From Centroscyllium fabricii (lineage: Eukaryota), in assembly GCA_051313645.2 (NCBI GenBank), contig JBNRSN020000013.1, positions 87,916,001-87,980,000 of the forward strand: DNA of 64,000 bases, given 5' to 3'. The notes below the pieces were generated by a model. The model did no database searches. It was not told where the DNA came from and saw nothing but the letters and a program-made list of their open reading frames with translations. Both the position numbers and the translations under genes were made by a program. Below are positions 47,912 through 60,086 of the stretch, one piece after another; within the stretch, counting starts at the first letter, position 1; each line of letters opens with the position of its first letter.

Positions 47912-48552
47912 ACATAGAAACATAGAAGATAGGAGCAGGAGTAGGCCATTCGGCCCCTCGAGCCTGCTCCGCCATTCAATGAGATCATGGCTGATCATCC
48001 AAATTCAGTACCCTGTCCCTGCCTTCTCCCATTACCTCTTGATCCTCTTGATGTGGAGGTGCCAGTGTTGAACTGGGGCGGACAAATGTGAGAAGTCACA
48101 CAACACCAGGTTGTAGTCCAACAGTTTTATTTGAAATCACAAGCTATCGGAGCATTGCTCCTTCATCACATGATGAAGGAGCAGCGCTCCGAAAGCTTGT
48201 GATTTCAAATAAAACTGTTGGACTATAACCTGGTGTTGTGTGACTTCTTACACTTGTTCCTCTTAGCCTTAAGGAATATATCCAACTCCTTGAATATATT
48301 TAATGAACTGGCCTCCACCACCCTCTGTGGCAGAGAATTTCACAGGTTCACCACTCTCTGGGTGAAGAAATTCCTCCTCATCTCAGTTCTAAATGGCTTA
48401 CCCCTTATCCTTAGACTGTGACCCCTGGTTCTGGACTCCCTGGCCATCGGGAACATCCTTCCTGCATCGACTCTGTCCAGGCCTGTCAGAACTTTATAGG
48501 TTTCGATGAGATCTCCTCTCAATCTTCTAAACTCCAGTGAGTATAAGCCCAA
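47912..48552 (-). mobile_element. CR1 3' fragment
   Basis: LGLYSLEFRRLRGDLIETYK..RRNFFTQRVVNL; CATAGAAACATAGAA tail. Confidence 0.92.
48050..48252 (-). mobile_element. Penelope-like fold-back insertion (family B) inside CR1
   Basis: 12-bp TSD CTTG(A/T)TCCTCTT at 48038-48049 and 48253-48264; arms invert exactly at the hammerhead core (TTCATCA-CA-TGATGAA). Confidence 0.88.
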
Positions 48553-50446
48553 TATCACGGTGGGAAAGGAGCTCACAAGCTCTGTGTTATCTGTCCTCTA
48601 CGATATCATACCCATTATAAACCAAAGCAGAACTTATTTCAATTACTTGAGTGTGAGAACACTCCCACCTGTCTTCTCAATATATTTAACATTTTCTGGC
48701 CAAGAACAGCAGTCTGCACGTGTCTGTATGCACGTGTGCACAGAGATCTATCCTGCCTATCTCAAAACTATTCTGTCTGGCAGAATCAAATTTGTAGTCA
48801 GAGGGTACAAACAGGGAGCTGCTGGCTGCGAATAGACATTGCATTTATTAATCTGAGTTCATAGCTACAATATAAATTCTATATAAATAGAAGTTGTTGT
48901 TGTTAACTGCAGGCTAAGCATGACATAGTACTGACATAGGACCAGGATGTATGTGGCAGAGCATGATAGGAGCGATAGAACAACTTGGGTTCGATTCTGG
49001 CAGTGGCTTATGAGAACATAACCTGCAATGCATTCTATTGTAATGACATCAGGAAGCGAGTGAAAATCAAAATTCACAAGTTGATCTTGAGTAGTTTTTA
49101 ACTGTTGGCTAAAGCCTGAGATTAAATTTCAGATTCTAAATCATTCTCCGATGTCATGAATTTTTTACAGTGTATGTGTAGATAAATTATTATAGTATTG
49201 ATCTGTCGCACCTTTGTTAGATTGTTAGGAATTCTTTCTGTTGTGGGTTGTGTCGGAGTATGTCAGCATAGTCTTGGAGAGTGCTCATTTTAAAATGTTT
49301 CCCCTGGTTTAGCTGATCTACTGTGGGTAAAATGGAGCCCATATTGCTTAGCTGCTCACCCAGTCTGCCCCTGTAAGACCACATGTCAGGTACTTCCTCT
49401 GGGGAAGCGGCCTAAGTAGTCCCGAAGGTCAGTTAGAGGCTAATTATTGTTGTTGTTGGAATTTTTTGTGAAACAGCAGCTGCTTGGCCTCTCTCCTTGT
49501 TATCCCAACAACCGCTACAGGTTATTTCAAGATCGGAAAAACAGCAGAAAATACCTAGATTTCTTCTCCGTTTGCTATACTTTTTTAAGATTGTTCATTT
49601 GTTCATATTTGATGCAAAGTATGATGCCCAGAATGTGAATTCTGGAGTACAAATTTAGAATGACACTCTCAAAACCTTTACATAAAATATAGACAGATAC
49701 GAAGAAGGAACAGAGTGGCAGAGAGGGCAGAGCCCTGGAGAACTTTTGAATTAATGGAAGAAGAGTCAGTGGATAAAATAATGGAAGAGGATCAGCGAAA
49801 GTAGTCCAGTACCTCACTACAGTGGTAGAAAATGTTCAAAATCTCATTAAGCATAGAGCTTCCGTGTGTAGTTTTTTTTCCACAAATGGGTGGCTTCCAT
49901 TGCATAACTGCTGTGTTGAGATCTGGTGCATTGTACCTTCAGCCAAAATCATTTGACTTCTTTTCAATGTCAGTAGCAAACACAGAAATTGGATGTTTTT
50001 GAGGATCAGCCAGGCTTCCAGCTCTTAGTGTACAGCTCACTTGTGTGGATGTGAAGTAAAGACAGAACTGGAAATGGCTTACTGCCCTTCATCATTGAAT
50101 AACTAAGTAACACTGATATATGCAGAGTGGCTTGCCCCAGTGCTTCCCTTTAGTGAAAGTATATGGTGTAGGTCTTCTACTTCCTAACAGTGTGCCCTTT
50201 CTAAATGTTTTCCCAGTGACAAGAGGAAGTAAGGTAATTGGTTATTGTATGTCAGTGTTTGTCTGTAGGGATGAAATTGGCCAACTACTTCTTGTGCTGT
50301 GTCAGTAGTTGGCCCTGCAACTGCAGGCACTGTGGGTACTGATGCAATGGCTGCCTGTGGCTACATGTTATTTGATACTTTTATAGTTATTTGAGTGGGG
50401 TAACGGGGTGTGATGGATGTGGTGCCATCCTGAGAAACACCTCCAT

Positions 50447-52465
50447 CATAGAAACATAGAAACATAGAAGATAGGAGCAGGAGTAGGCCATTCAGCCCCT
50501 CGAGCCTGCTCCGCCATTCAATGAGATCATGGCTGATCATCCAAACTCAGTACCCTGTCCCTGCTTTCTCCCCATATCCCTTGATCCCTTTAGCCTTAAG
50601 AAATATATCCAACTCCTTCTTGAATATATTTAATGAATTGGCCTCTACTGCCTTCTGTGGTAGAGAATTCCTTAGGTTCACCACACTCTGGGTGAAGAAA
50701 TTCCTCCTAATCTCTGTTCTAAATGGCTTACCCCTTATCCTTAGACTGTGACCCCTAGTTCTGGACTCCCCCACCATCAGGAACATCCTTCCTGCATCTA
50801 GTCTGCCCAGTCCTGTTAGAATTTTCTAAGTTTCAATGAGATCCCCTCTCATTCTTCTAAACACCAACGAGTACAAGCCCAATTGACCCAATCTCTCCTC
50901 ATACATCATTCCTGCCATCCCAGGCATCAGCCTGGTGAATCTTCGCTGCACTCCTTCCATAGCAAGAACATCCTTCCTTAGATAAGGTGACCAAAACTGT
51001 ACGCAATACTCAAGATGTGGTCTCACCAAGGCTCTGTACAACTGCAGCAAGACATCCTTGTTCCTTTACTCAAAACCTTTCGCTATGAAGGCCAACATAC
51101 CATTTGCCTTCTTAACCGCCTGCTGCACCTGCATGCTTACCTTCAGTGACTGGTGCACAAGGACACCCAGGTCTCATTGCACTTCCCCTTCTCCCAATTT
51201 ATTGCCATTCAGATAATAATCTGCCTTCCTGTTTTTGACACCAAAGTGGATAACCTCGCATTTATCCGCATTATGTTGCATCTGCCATGTCTCTGCCCAA
51301 TCACCCAACCTGTCCAAATCATACTGGAGTTTCTCGGCATCCTCCTCACAGCACACACGCCAACCCAGCTTTGTGTCGTCTGCAAACTTGGAGATATTAC
51401 ATCTAGTTCCCTCGTCTAGATCATTAATATATATTGTGAATAGCTGGGGTCCTAGGACCGATCCCTGCGGTACCCCACTAGTCACTGCCTGCCACTCGGA
51501 AAAAGAGCTGTTTATTCTAACTCTTTGCTTTCTGTCTGCCAACAGTTCTCTATCCAAGTCAATACCTTGCCCCCAATCCCATGTGCTTTAATTTTACACG
51601 CTAATCTCTTATGCGGGACCTTATTGAAAGCCTTTTGAAAGTCCAAGTACACCACATCCATTGGTTCTCCCTTATCAATTTTACCAGTTACATCCTCAAA
51701 AAATTCCAGTAGATTAGTCAAGCATGATTTACCTTTTGTAAATCCATGTTGACTTTGTCTGATCTGGTCACTATTTTCCAAGTACTCTGCTATTACATCT
51801 TTTATAATGGACTCTAGCATTTTCCCCACTACCAATGTCAGGCTTACCGGTCTGTAATTCCCTGTTTTCTCTCTACCACTTTTTTTGAACAATGGGTAAC
51901 ATTAGCTACCCTCCAATCCATGGGTACTGTTCCAGAGTCTATTGAATTTTGGAAGATGACCAGCAATGCATCTACTATTTCCAGGGCCACTTCCTTAAGT
52001 AGCCTAGGATGTAGATTATTAGGCCCTGGAGATTTATCGGCCTTCAATCCTGTCAATTTCCCTGACACCATTTCCCTACAAATACTGATTTCATTCAGTT
52101 CCTCCCTTTCATTAGATCCCATGTTCCTCGACATCTCTGGGAGGTTGTTTGTATCCTCCTTTGTGAAGACAGAACCAAAGTATTTATTTAATTGGTCTGC
52201 CATTTCTTTGTTACCCATTATAAATTCCCTTAATTCTGACTGCAACGGACCTACGCTTGACTTCACCAGCCTTTTTCTCTTCACATATCTATAAAAGCTT
52301 TTACAGTCGGTTTTTATGTTCCCTGCAAGCTTACTCTCGTATTCTATTTTATCTTTCTTAATTAATCCCTTTGCACTCCTTTGTTGAATCCTAAACTGCT
52401 CCCAATCCTCAAGTTTACTGCTTTTTCTGGCCAATTTATAAGACCTCTCCTTGAATCTTTGCCAG
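50447..52465 (-). mobile_element. CR1 LINE, ~2-kb 3' portion with frameshifted ORF2
   Basis: KSPGPNNLHPRLLKE, GNYRPVSLT, QHGFTKGKSCLTNLLEFFE, LDFQKAF, SGVPQGSVLGP, KFADDTK; (CATAGAAA)n tail. Confidence 0.96.
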
Positions 52466-52479
52466 TTCCCGTCATTCAC

Positions 52480-53990
52480 CTGAGGTTGGGCATTTCCTCA
52501 GAGACCTGTGTGAGAAAAGATCTGTGAAGTTGTTGAAGGCACATGTTATGGCTGTCTCAACCTGATTCCCAAACATGGTCACATTGGAATCCAAGGTCTG
52601 CAGAGCCTCACTCATAGCATTCATTAAGGAACCTATGGCTGCACTAAGAAGATCAGGCAAACGGGCTCTGCTGCAGAAGTAGACACATTTTCCATGGGTA
52701 CAGCACAACTTTGTTACATGGTGATATAACACTGCCTGGATTCAAGTTGTGAACTCCTCAACAGATGCCTCAAACTGTAATGCTTTCTTGCTCACTCTCA
52801 AATAGCTACATTTGTCAGCTGCACAAGTCCTTGAGCTGGCCGTCCAGCCAGCAAGTTCCTCCAAATGTACCTGTACTTTCTTCGCGCTTCACCAAGTACT
52901 CCCTGCTGGAATAACCATAGTATGAATATATCTGGATATATTGCCATTGTAGGAGTGAGTTATGTTAAATGCTTAATTGAGGCTGCACACTGGATTCTGA
53001 CACTTTTTTGGGCACCTAGAGGAACAGAAGAAGAATATATTTTGGAATGCTGGCAGTAAGACACCCCCTGAAGCAGAGTTTTGTGTGGCAAGACTTTGTG
53101 ATGTGTCTGTGTGGGAGGGAGTGAATAAATAAGGAGCGAAAGCATGAAATGCAAAGTACACTTGCCATGAGTTTGGGGGCAGTCTGAAAACAATCCCTCC
53201 CATACTCTAGCTATTGCCAAAATATCCAGCATTTGCAATATCCTCTCCTATAAGGAGTCAGTGGCCGCAGCATCGGTGACCTCCTTCCTATCTGCCTTTA
53301 CTGATGCCAAACAGGAACATGTGTTGTAAAAGGCAATATGAGAGATATGTGTGACCCAAGTGCCCAGACTAGCAGCCTCCTTATGTGAAGGTGTCAACAT
53401 GCAGCTGCAGCAACCTTGTGGGCAGCGTGCTTGGTGTTTGTTGCTTGCAACATTTCTTGGGCTACATCGTGCTGGCAGCAATGCAAAGTGACTTATTTTA
53501 ACATGAGCATGCTTGTGCATTCGGAAAGCACATGAACTATATAGAGCTGTACATTGTACATTCCAACAGTGACTTCAAAAATACATTTCAAAAATTGGCT
53601 GTAAAGCACTTTGGGATGCCCTGAGGTTGTGAAAGACATTATATAATTGCAAGTCTTTCTTTTTTTTATCTATGATGCTGCACCACAGTTACATTAGAGT
53701 GCTGTTATGATGCATTGTAAGACAACATTGTTAAATTATGCAAAGTGAGAGCAGACTTACCTTGGTAACCTTGAGTAGACCAGCACATTTATCCTTCCCT
53801 TGCTCCTCGATCTGAAACACAGGTGAGACCGAATTCATACTACCTCTCACCTCTACCTAGGTTTCTTGGCAGTATCCTTGACTGCAGGGTGCCCTTCCAC
53901 TGAAGATTCACCCTTCTCTGTAGCACTTCCTGAAGGAGCACCTCCAAAGCTACATCTTGGAATGGCACTGTTCTATCTCCATGCCTTACT
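52480..53990 (-). pseudogene. Decayed Harbinger-type Myb/SANT-like (Myb_DNA-bind_5) gene
   Basis: Minus ~53985-53762 reads RTVPFQDVALEVLLQEVLQRRVNL, frameshift, ET*VEVRGSMNSVSPVFQIEEQGKDKCAGLLKVTK, then a GTAAGT donor. The next segment (~53300-53230) reads RQIGRRSPMLRPLTPY/ERILQML, resembling the TGGG..LTP.EE motif of these proteins. Confidence 0.6.
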
Positions 53991-54286
53991 TTGGCATTTT
54001 ATTACTTTTGCAACTAGTTTCCTTTCAAGAGCCATGATTGCAAATGACCCACCTATTCAGCCAGCAAACTCCCAACACGTAATGTGCTAAGTCCAAAAAT
54101 GTGTTTAAATGAACTGACCTTGCATTACAACACAACGACAGCTCAGTGGGGGACAGGTGGACTCAACGCATGGAGAGCAGCGGTTCCTGTACCACTGCAC
54201 CCTGATCACATCATCACCTCTAGGTATCAGCCTGTTCCATAACTCCAAACATGAAGAAGCTATTCCTTAAATTATATTTGACTTGC

Positions 54287-54323
54287 GACTGCTCTAGTCA
54301 AATATAATTTGACTAGAGCAGTC
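54287..54323. repeat. Perfect 17-bp hairpin with a 3-nt loop
   Basis: GACTGCTCTAGTCAAAT-ATA-ATTTGACTAGAGCAGTC. Confidence 0.9.
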
Positions 54324-54449
54324 ATTTTGATCTCTCAACCCGGTTTTCACAATGCGCCTCTCTGCATCCATCTGATCAATTCTCCTCATGATCCGAAAAG
54401 TAAGATTATGTTTCTATAGTTTTTTCTTCAGCACGCATATCGCAATTTG

Positions 54450-54865
54450 GGTACGGTAGTGTCATGGTTATGTTACTGGACTAGTAATCCAGAGGCCGGG
54501 ACTAATAATCCAGAGTACACGAGTGCAAATCCCACCAGGGCAGATTGACAATCTGAATTCAGTTTAAAAAAAATCTGACCATGAAGCTGTCAGATTGTTG
54601 TAAAAAGCCCAACTGATTCACTAATGTCCTTCAGGGAGGGAAAGCTGCTGTTCTTAACCAGCCTGAGCTATATGTGACTCCAGTCCTGCACCAGTGTGGT
54701 TGACTCTTAACTGCCCTTTGAAGTGGCCGAGCAAGTCATTCAGTTGTATCAAGCCACTACCAGCGCTTCAAGAAAGTGGCCCACCATTATCTTATCAGGG
54801 CAACTAGGGGTCAGCAATAAATGCCAGTCTGGCCAGCAATGCCACATCCTGAGAATTAATTTTTT
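54450..54865 (+). mobile_element. tRNA-derived SINE with a LINE-like tail
   Basis: Head GGTAGTGTCATGGTTATGTTACTGGACTAGTAATCCAGAG..GTGCAAATCCC; tail GCAACTAGGG..GCAATAAATGCC..GCCACATCC. Confidence 0.75.
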
Positions 54866-55399
54866 TAAATCCTCCTTTCAAAGAGTAGTGATCTAAAACC
54901 TGGAATCTGTTTTATCGCTCTTCAGATGGCTGAAAATGTCAACCTATCAGAAAACAATGGGCCTGAATGAAGATATTCACTATCCATATAACTAAAATGC
55001 TGCATCTCAACGATCATCTACACTGGCTGCCCTGTCTATTCACCGTCCGCCAGACAACAGGGCGGCAGTTAACTTTATCCCAGGCTTCTATCAAAGTTGC
55101 TCTGTGATTTGCCGCTGACAGATACTTGAGAACTACCCACACTGGCTTTTCCTTTCTTTCCTGTGGGGAATTGTTTCATTTTCACACCTCCTCCAAACAG
55201 CTGAGCAAATATCCAGAAATCACAGGTGTGAACCAACTGCTCCACTCAACATTGATGCAAACCTATGCTGAGTCAGCAGGTTGCCCTCAGTGGATTTATC
55301 TAAAGCGACATCTATACTTTTTAACAATCTAGCCTGCTCATTTGTAAAAACAAAGTGTACTTAAATAGTAATATATGATTGCACTGGGATGCCAGTACT

Positions 55400-55867
55400 C
55401 AGGGCCGGCCCTACCATATAAACGATGTAAACATTTGTTTAGGGCCCCCGATTTGAGAGGGCCCCTCATAGGCCTAAGTGTTTTCATTCTTAAATTATAG
55501 CCCATGATAGACATACATTGCCCCTGCACAATACTGTGCACAATGTACTGGTACATAACTGGTGCATAATTATATACTGGGTACAGTAGGTTTTAGTGCC
55601 GGCAGAAGAAGCCCCCCTTGTGCTTGTGCACACATATCTACAGACACAAACAGAAAGGGCCCCCAAAATACCTTGTTTGGGGCCCCCAAAATACCTTGTT
55701 TGGGGCCCCCAAATACCTTGTTTGGGGCCCCCAAAATACCTTGTTTGGGGCCCCCAAAATACCTTGTTTGGGGCCCCCAAATACCTTGTTTGGGGCCCCC
55801 AAAATACCTTGTTTGGGGCCCCCAAAATACCTTGTTTGGGGCCCCCAAATACCTTGAGCCGGCCCTG
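55400..55867. mobile_element. hAT-superfamily MITE, 468 bp, with an internal minisatellite
   Basis: TIRs CAGGGCCGGC / GCCGGCCCTG; perfect 8-bp TSD CCAGTACT at 55392-55399 and 55868-55875. Confidence 0.92.
55657..55856 (+). repeat. 22/23-bp minisatellite, 9 units
   Basis: GGGGCCCCCAAA(A)TACCTTGTTT units with A-run lengths 4,4,3,4,4,3,4,4,3. Confidence 0.95.
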
Positions 55868-56019
55868 CCAGTACTCAATGAACAATCCACCTTCTGAAGT
55901 CTTCAAAATATAATTTGATTAATTACTTTCTTTTCCTTCTTCCCCTAGAAGCTGAGGTACGGACCTCCAGGTGCTGATATATATATAGCTCTAGGACCTT
56001 GCCCAGGTAGCCCTGTGTG

Positions 56020-56285
56020 AGTCACAACAGGTGAACTTAGGATCATTTGGGCCCAGTTCTATCCTAACCTGATGGTCCAGCACAGGTGACTGGATAGCAC
56101 TCAGGGGCGAGATCTTTAGCTGGTTCTTCTCACCTCTCTAGCCCAGGACTGGCTGTAGAGCTCCCACTGCCAGCTTAACGAACATCAGCGAATTCAGTGT
56201 AGAGTAGGAATTAGACCTGAGACCTTCCTGGTCTATTGGGCTGAGTACTCCAGAGGGTGTTGCTCTTATCCACTGTGCCATTGAG
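56020..56285 (-). mobile_element. Old tRNA-derived SINE (same family as 3945-4275)
   Basis: GACCTTCCTGGTC..CCACTGTGCCA reverse head and degenerate body. Confidence 0.5.
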
Positions 56286-57409
56286 TGGAAGTACATTGAT
56301 TAAAAAAAATAATGGCATATCCTTTGAAGATATACTTTCAATGTGTTTGCGATACTGTGCTGCAGCATGTGATGTATGGAGTCTAATCATTTATTTTAAG
56401 GATACATAATATATTTATAATATATATTGTAATTGTAAATACATGTATATAAAATAGTACCTTTTACAATTAACTTTCTTGACATTTCAAATTCTGATGT
56501 ATAATATAACACACAAGTTCACAACACAACACAGACAAGATTTGTCTGATTTTTATTTGCAGAGAATTACAAATGTAACAAGGGTTTTCGATGATCTGTT
56601 TTGTTAAAATTTTGGACAGGGCAATTGAATTTTTAAAACATCCAGTAAAATTGGAATAAAAATGAAAGAGCTGGACATAAGACAGAATGCAGGCAGTTAG
56701 TTGCAATTACAAAATATCTTTACCCTCTATGGTCAATATGAAGAATAACAAAACAGGAATTCTTATTAAAGACACATTTCTGATTTTTTTTTGTACTTTC
56801 CCCATTCAAATGTTACTTATGCCAGATGAAATTTCCAGTGTAAGTGTTCACACATGTAGGTTTGATTGACGGACAGGAATAAAAATGGGAGCAGTTCCGT
56901 TAACATTTACTACACCCACTGAGTTCGTTTCTCTCAGCTTCATAACCTACCTGATTTTCAGATGTTACTGAATTTATTTCATAAATTACATTTTTAATTT
57001 CAGGAGTGTTCTGTGTTTGACCTTAAATTCTTACAACCTGATTATATATCAGGATGTGGCTATAGCAACTATGATGGGATATTATCATTGGCATGTATAG
57101 CACAAGCAATTCCCTCTGTACAATTACATATATGCTGTATACTGAACAAATAACTTGAAGCTAGGAGAGTAAACACCACAGGAGCAGATAGCTTAGAAAT
57201 TAATAATATTCTTGGACACTGGGCTGATAAGTGGAAAATCAACAATGGTTCCTGCTCCTAATCATTATCCAGTGGTGCACACTGAAAGGAGCATGCATGT
57301 GGATGTCAAGAGCACATGAGGCATGGATGCAATACTACCCATGATTAACTAGCCTCATGATATTCACTAATTAGGTTCACTCATGGAAAATGTCCACTTG
57401 AACAAGGTA

Positions 57410-57818
57410 CAGGTTGAGCACCAATAATCCGGCACCCGATGGTCTGGCAACATCAGTGGTTTGGCACGAATCGAAACCGGCGGCCTTCAGTTTGTGGAGC
57501 AGCCACTTGGCAGTGCCGCCGTTTCCCGCGAAGGGTGGGTGAGCACCGAAGGCATCGGGCATTTGGGTTGCTGGTTTTTCAGTTCTTGTAAGTGTTCTAT
57601 CCCCGGGCTCCCTCCCAGGGAGTGTTCTATCCGCGCGCTCCGGGCCCCGGGGAGTGTTCTACCGCGTGTGCCGGGCACCGGGGAGTGTTCTACCGCATGC
57701 TCTGGGCCCCGGGGAGTGTTCTACTGCGCGCTCCCCCCGAACCTTCAGTGGTTCAGAATTTTCAGTGGTCCGGCACCGGCCTGGTCCCGTGGGTGCCGGA
57801 TTACCGGTGCTCAACCTG
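57410..57818. mobile_element. Tc1/mariner-pogo (Tigger4-like) MITE, 409 bp, inserted in an old SINE (57150-57845)
   Basis: TA TSD; 28-bp TIRs CAGGTTGAGCACC(AA/GG)TAATCCGGCACCC; internal ~31-bp GC-rich repeat GGGAGTGTTCTACCGCG.. x~5 at 57590-57735. Confidence 0.9.
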
Positions 57819-59924
57819 TACTAAAGAGCAGTAGCTACCTGCAGAACTACTCCAAGACTGACTTGTTACATTCAGGAAAGGATGAGAGAAAAGGATAGAA
57901 AAGGATTGAGGGGGGAAATCTATAATAGAAACATTTAGCTTGTTTGCCCTTCAAGTAAATTTCTGACACCTAAAATTTTTGATCAAGACACTTGCAAGTA
58001 CTTAACTTCATTTTAATCTCTTGGTTCCCTTGTGTGCAGTACAACATGGATTAACAGGTGCCTCTAAATTCTATAATGGGGACAGAATATAGAGAACACA
58101 TATTCAGGCGGAGGCAAGTACAACCAACTAACCTCACAAGTTAGATGTGGCTTGCTAAGTCTAGATTTTGGTTAATTTAGTCGATTTTGCTCAATGTCCT
58201 TAGGCAAAGTATTGTGCACATTGGAAATTGCTTCCATGACATCCTGGGGTCACACTGTTGTTCAACCCAAAGATGATGGTTAAATAAATGTAATGTGAGC
58301 AGGACTTCCATCAGGTTTTTTTGCCCTGAAGGCAAGCTTCTTCGCTTCCCACCTGGCAGCTGGAATGAGAACTGATAAAATTGCAAAAGTATTTTTCAGT
58401 GTCAGAGGCATTTGGGCTGGGAAGCCATATGTCGTCGGAATCTGTGACTCAAACCAATTGCCCCAGTCAATGTTACATGCTTTTTAAAGCTCTGCAAATT
58501 GTTATGTGGTTTATGAAAGCTAGTGCAGTCTAGTGATTTTATATCATTTTTGACTTTTTTATTTGTATCATTTTATTAATTTATCTAATACCAAGGGGAA
58601 TCACTGATGTGAAATGAGAACCTTAAATGTTGGCACTAGTACTTTGAATCTATTTTTTTTGTATAGATAGCAGCCCTCTTTGTTATTTGTGTCCCTTTAC
58701 TCAATTGGATATTCCTACCCCATGAGCAATTCACAGCCAAGAAAGCACCCTGATGCCAAACCTCCACCAATGTTGCATCAAGCCTAAAGGTACGAAAGAA
58801 TGGCTGGCTTGGAAATCTCTTCCACTTTAACTTTCCCTATCTCCGTCCCTCTGGGGAGACTGCTGGCCTCCATTCTACACTTTACACAGTGGTGTGGCTA
58901 AACATGTCAACTCCATGGTGTAGGAGACTTTTGGAATTAATCCACATCCCACCGTCTCATGGCACCACAAAGCTTCAATGTGCCACTCCACTGCGCCTTA
59001 TCTTGAATTTACATTTAAACCCAGGTGGATTAATATCTTTCAAGAAGTGTACTTTTAAAGTGGAAATTTACAATGATATACACAGCGGGATCAGATGCAT
59101 GTAGAGCAATGGATGAATGAGAATGAGTTACAAGATTGTAATTCAATTGAATATTTCTGAGAATGTCATAAACAGAGAGCCTCGGGCACTTTATAAATCC
59201 CAGTAGGATTGTAATGCTCAATTACTACTTTTCGATCTGCCAGATGTTTGATATTCTATATATTATGTAGTCTGTAGTATATATTTTTTTTAAGTTAGAT
59301 TTCTCCAGCATTAATTGGCTGCTGCATTGCCTGTAGTTAAAGCAACATATTAAGGTGAACAGGTAATACAAGTAATAATGACACAGAACTTGAATGCATG
59401 AGTCATGTGTCTTCAGCTCCCACATCACAACATCCAACAACACAAAGGGAGATCAGCAGTGGATTAATGGGAAATATACTGCACACTATATAATATAATA
59501 TAAGGGAATGATTTAACATAACATACTTCCTTAAAACTGCTACACTTGTACATTGACATTATGTAATACTTTAGATACAGTATTTCCAAATATTGTATTA
59601 CTCAGGAATGTGAAACACCAGCCTTCTGATCTGTCAACTATATTCTGTGTGCCAGTCTAGCTTGTTTTATGAACTGCTAAATTTCAATCGAGGTTTGAAG
59701 AGCTGTTGCTTAAATTATTAATTCAGGTAGGGACAGCGACTGCATGTAAACCAAAGAAACTTTCTCCGCAGGAAATGTTGAACACTGATATTCTGCAACA
59801 CCAATGTCGCATTGCTCTGCAAATTCTTTTAAATCATTTTTTCTAGAGGGTTTGCAAGTCTGATGGCTTGTATTATATAATGTTTCAGGTCTAGAGCTGT
59901 GACTTTTTCTAAGATTCTCCTATT

Positions 59925-60086
59925 TTTCTATGTTTCTATAGACGCAAAAGACGTCAAGGGGTATGGGGAGAGAGCGGGAATATGGTATTGAGATAAAGGA
60001 TCAGCCATGATCAGATTGAATGGCAGAGCAGGCTCGAAGGGCCGAATGGCCGACTCCTGCTCCTATTTTTTTCTATATTTCTATGT
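59925..60086 (+). mobile_element. Short CR1 3' tail
   Basis: GTCAAGGGGTATGGGGAG..GATCAGCCATGATC..CTCCTGCTCCTAT. Confidence 0.85.

Noticed and set aside
54100-54420. Possible Harbinger transposase next to the Myb relic
   Set aside because: Minus-strand remnants look more like a decayed CR1 3' region; no DDE motifs seen.
55490-55913. Repetitive ORFs (GAPNKVFWGPQTRY..) and a CRISPR-like appearance
   Set aside because: Head-to-tail minisatellite with no unique spacers, inside a hAT MITE; the open frames are a by-product of the repeat.
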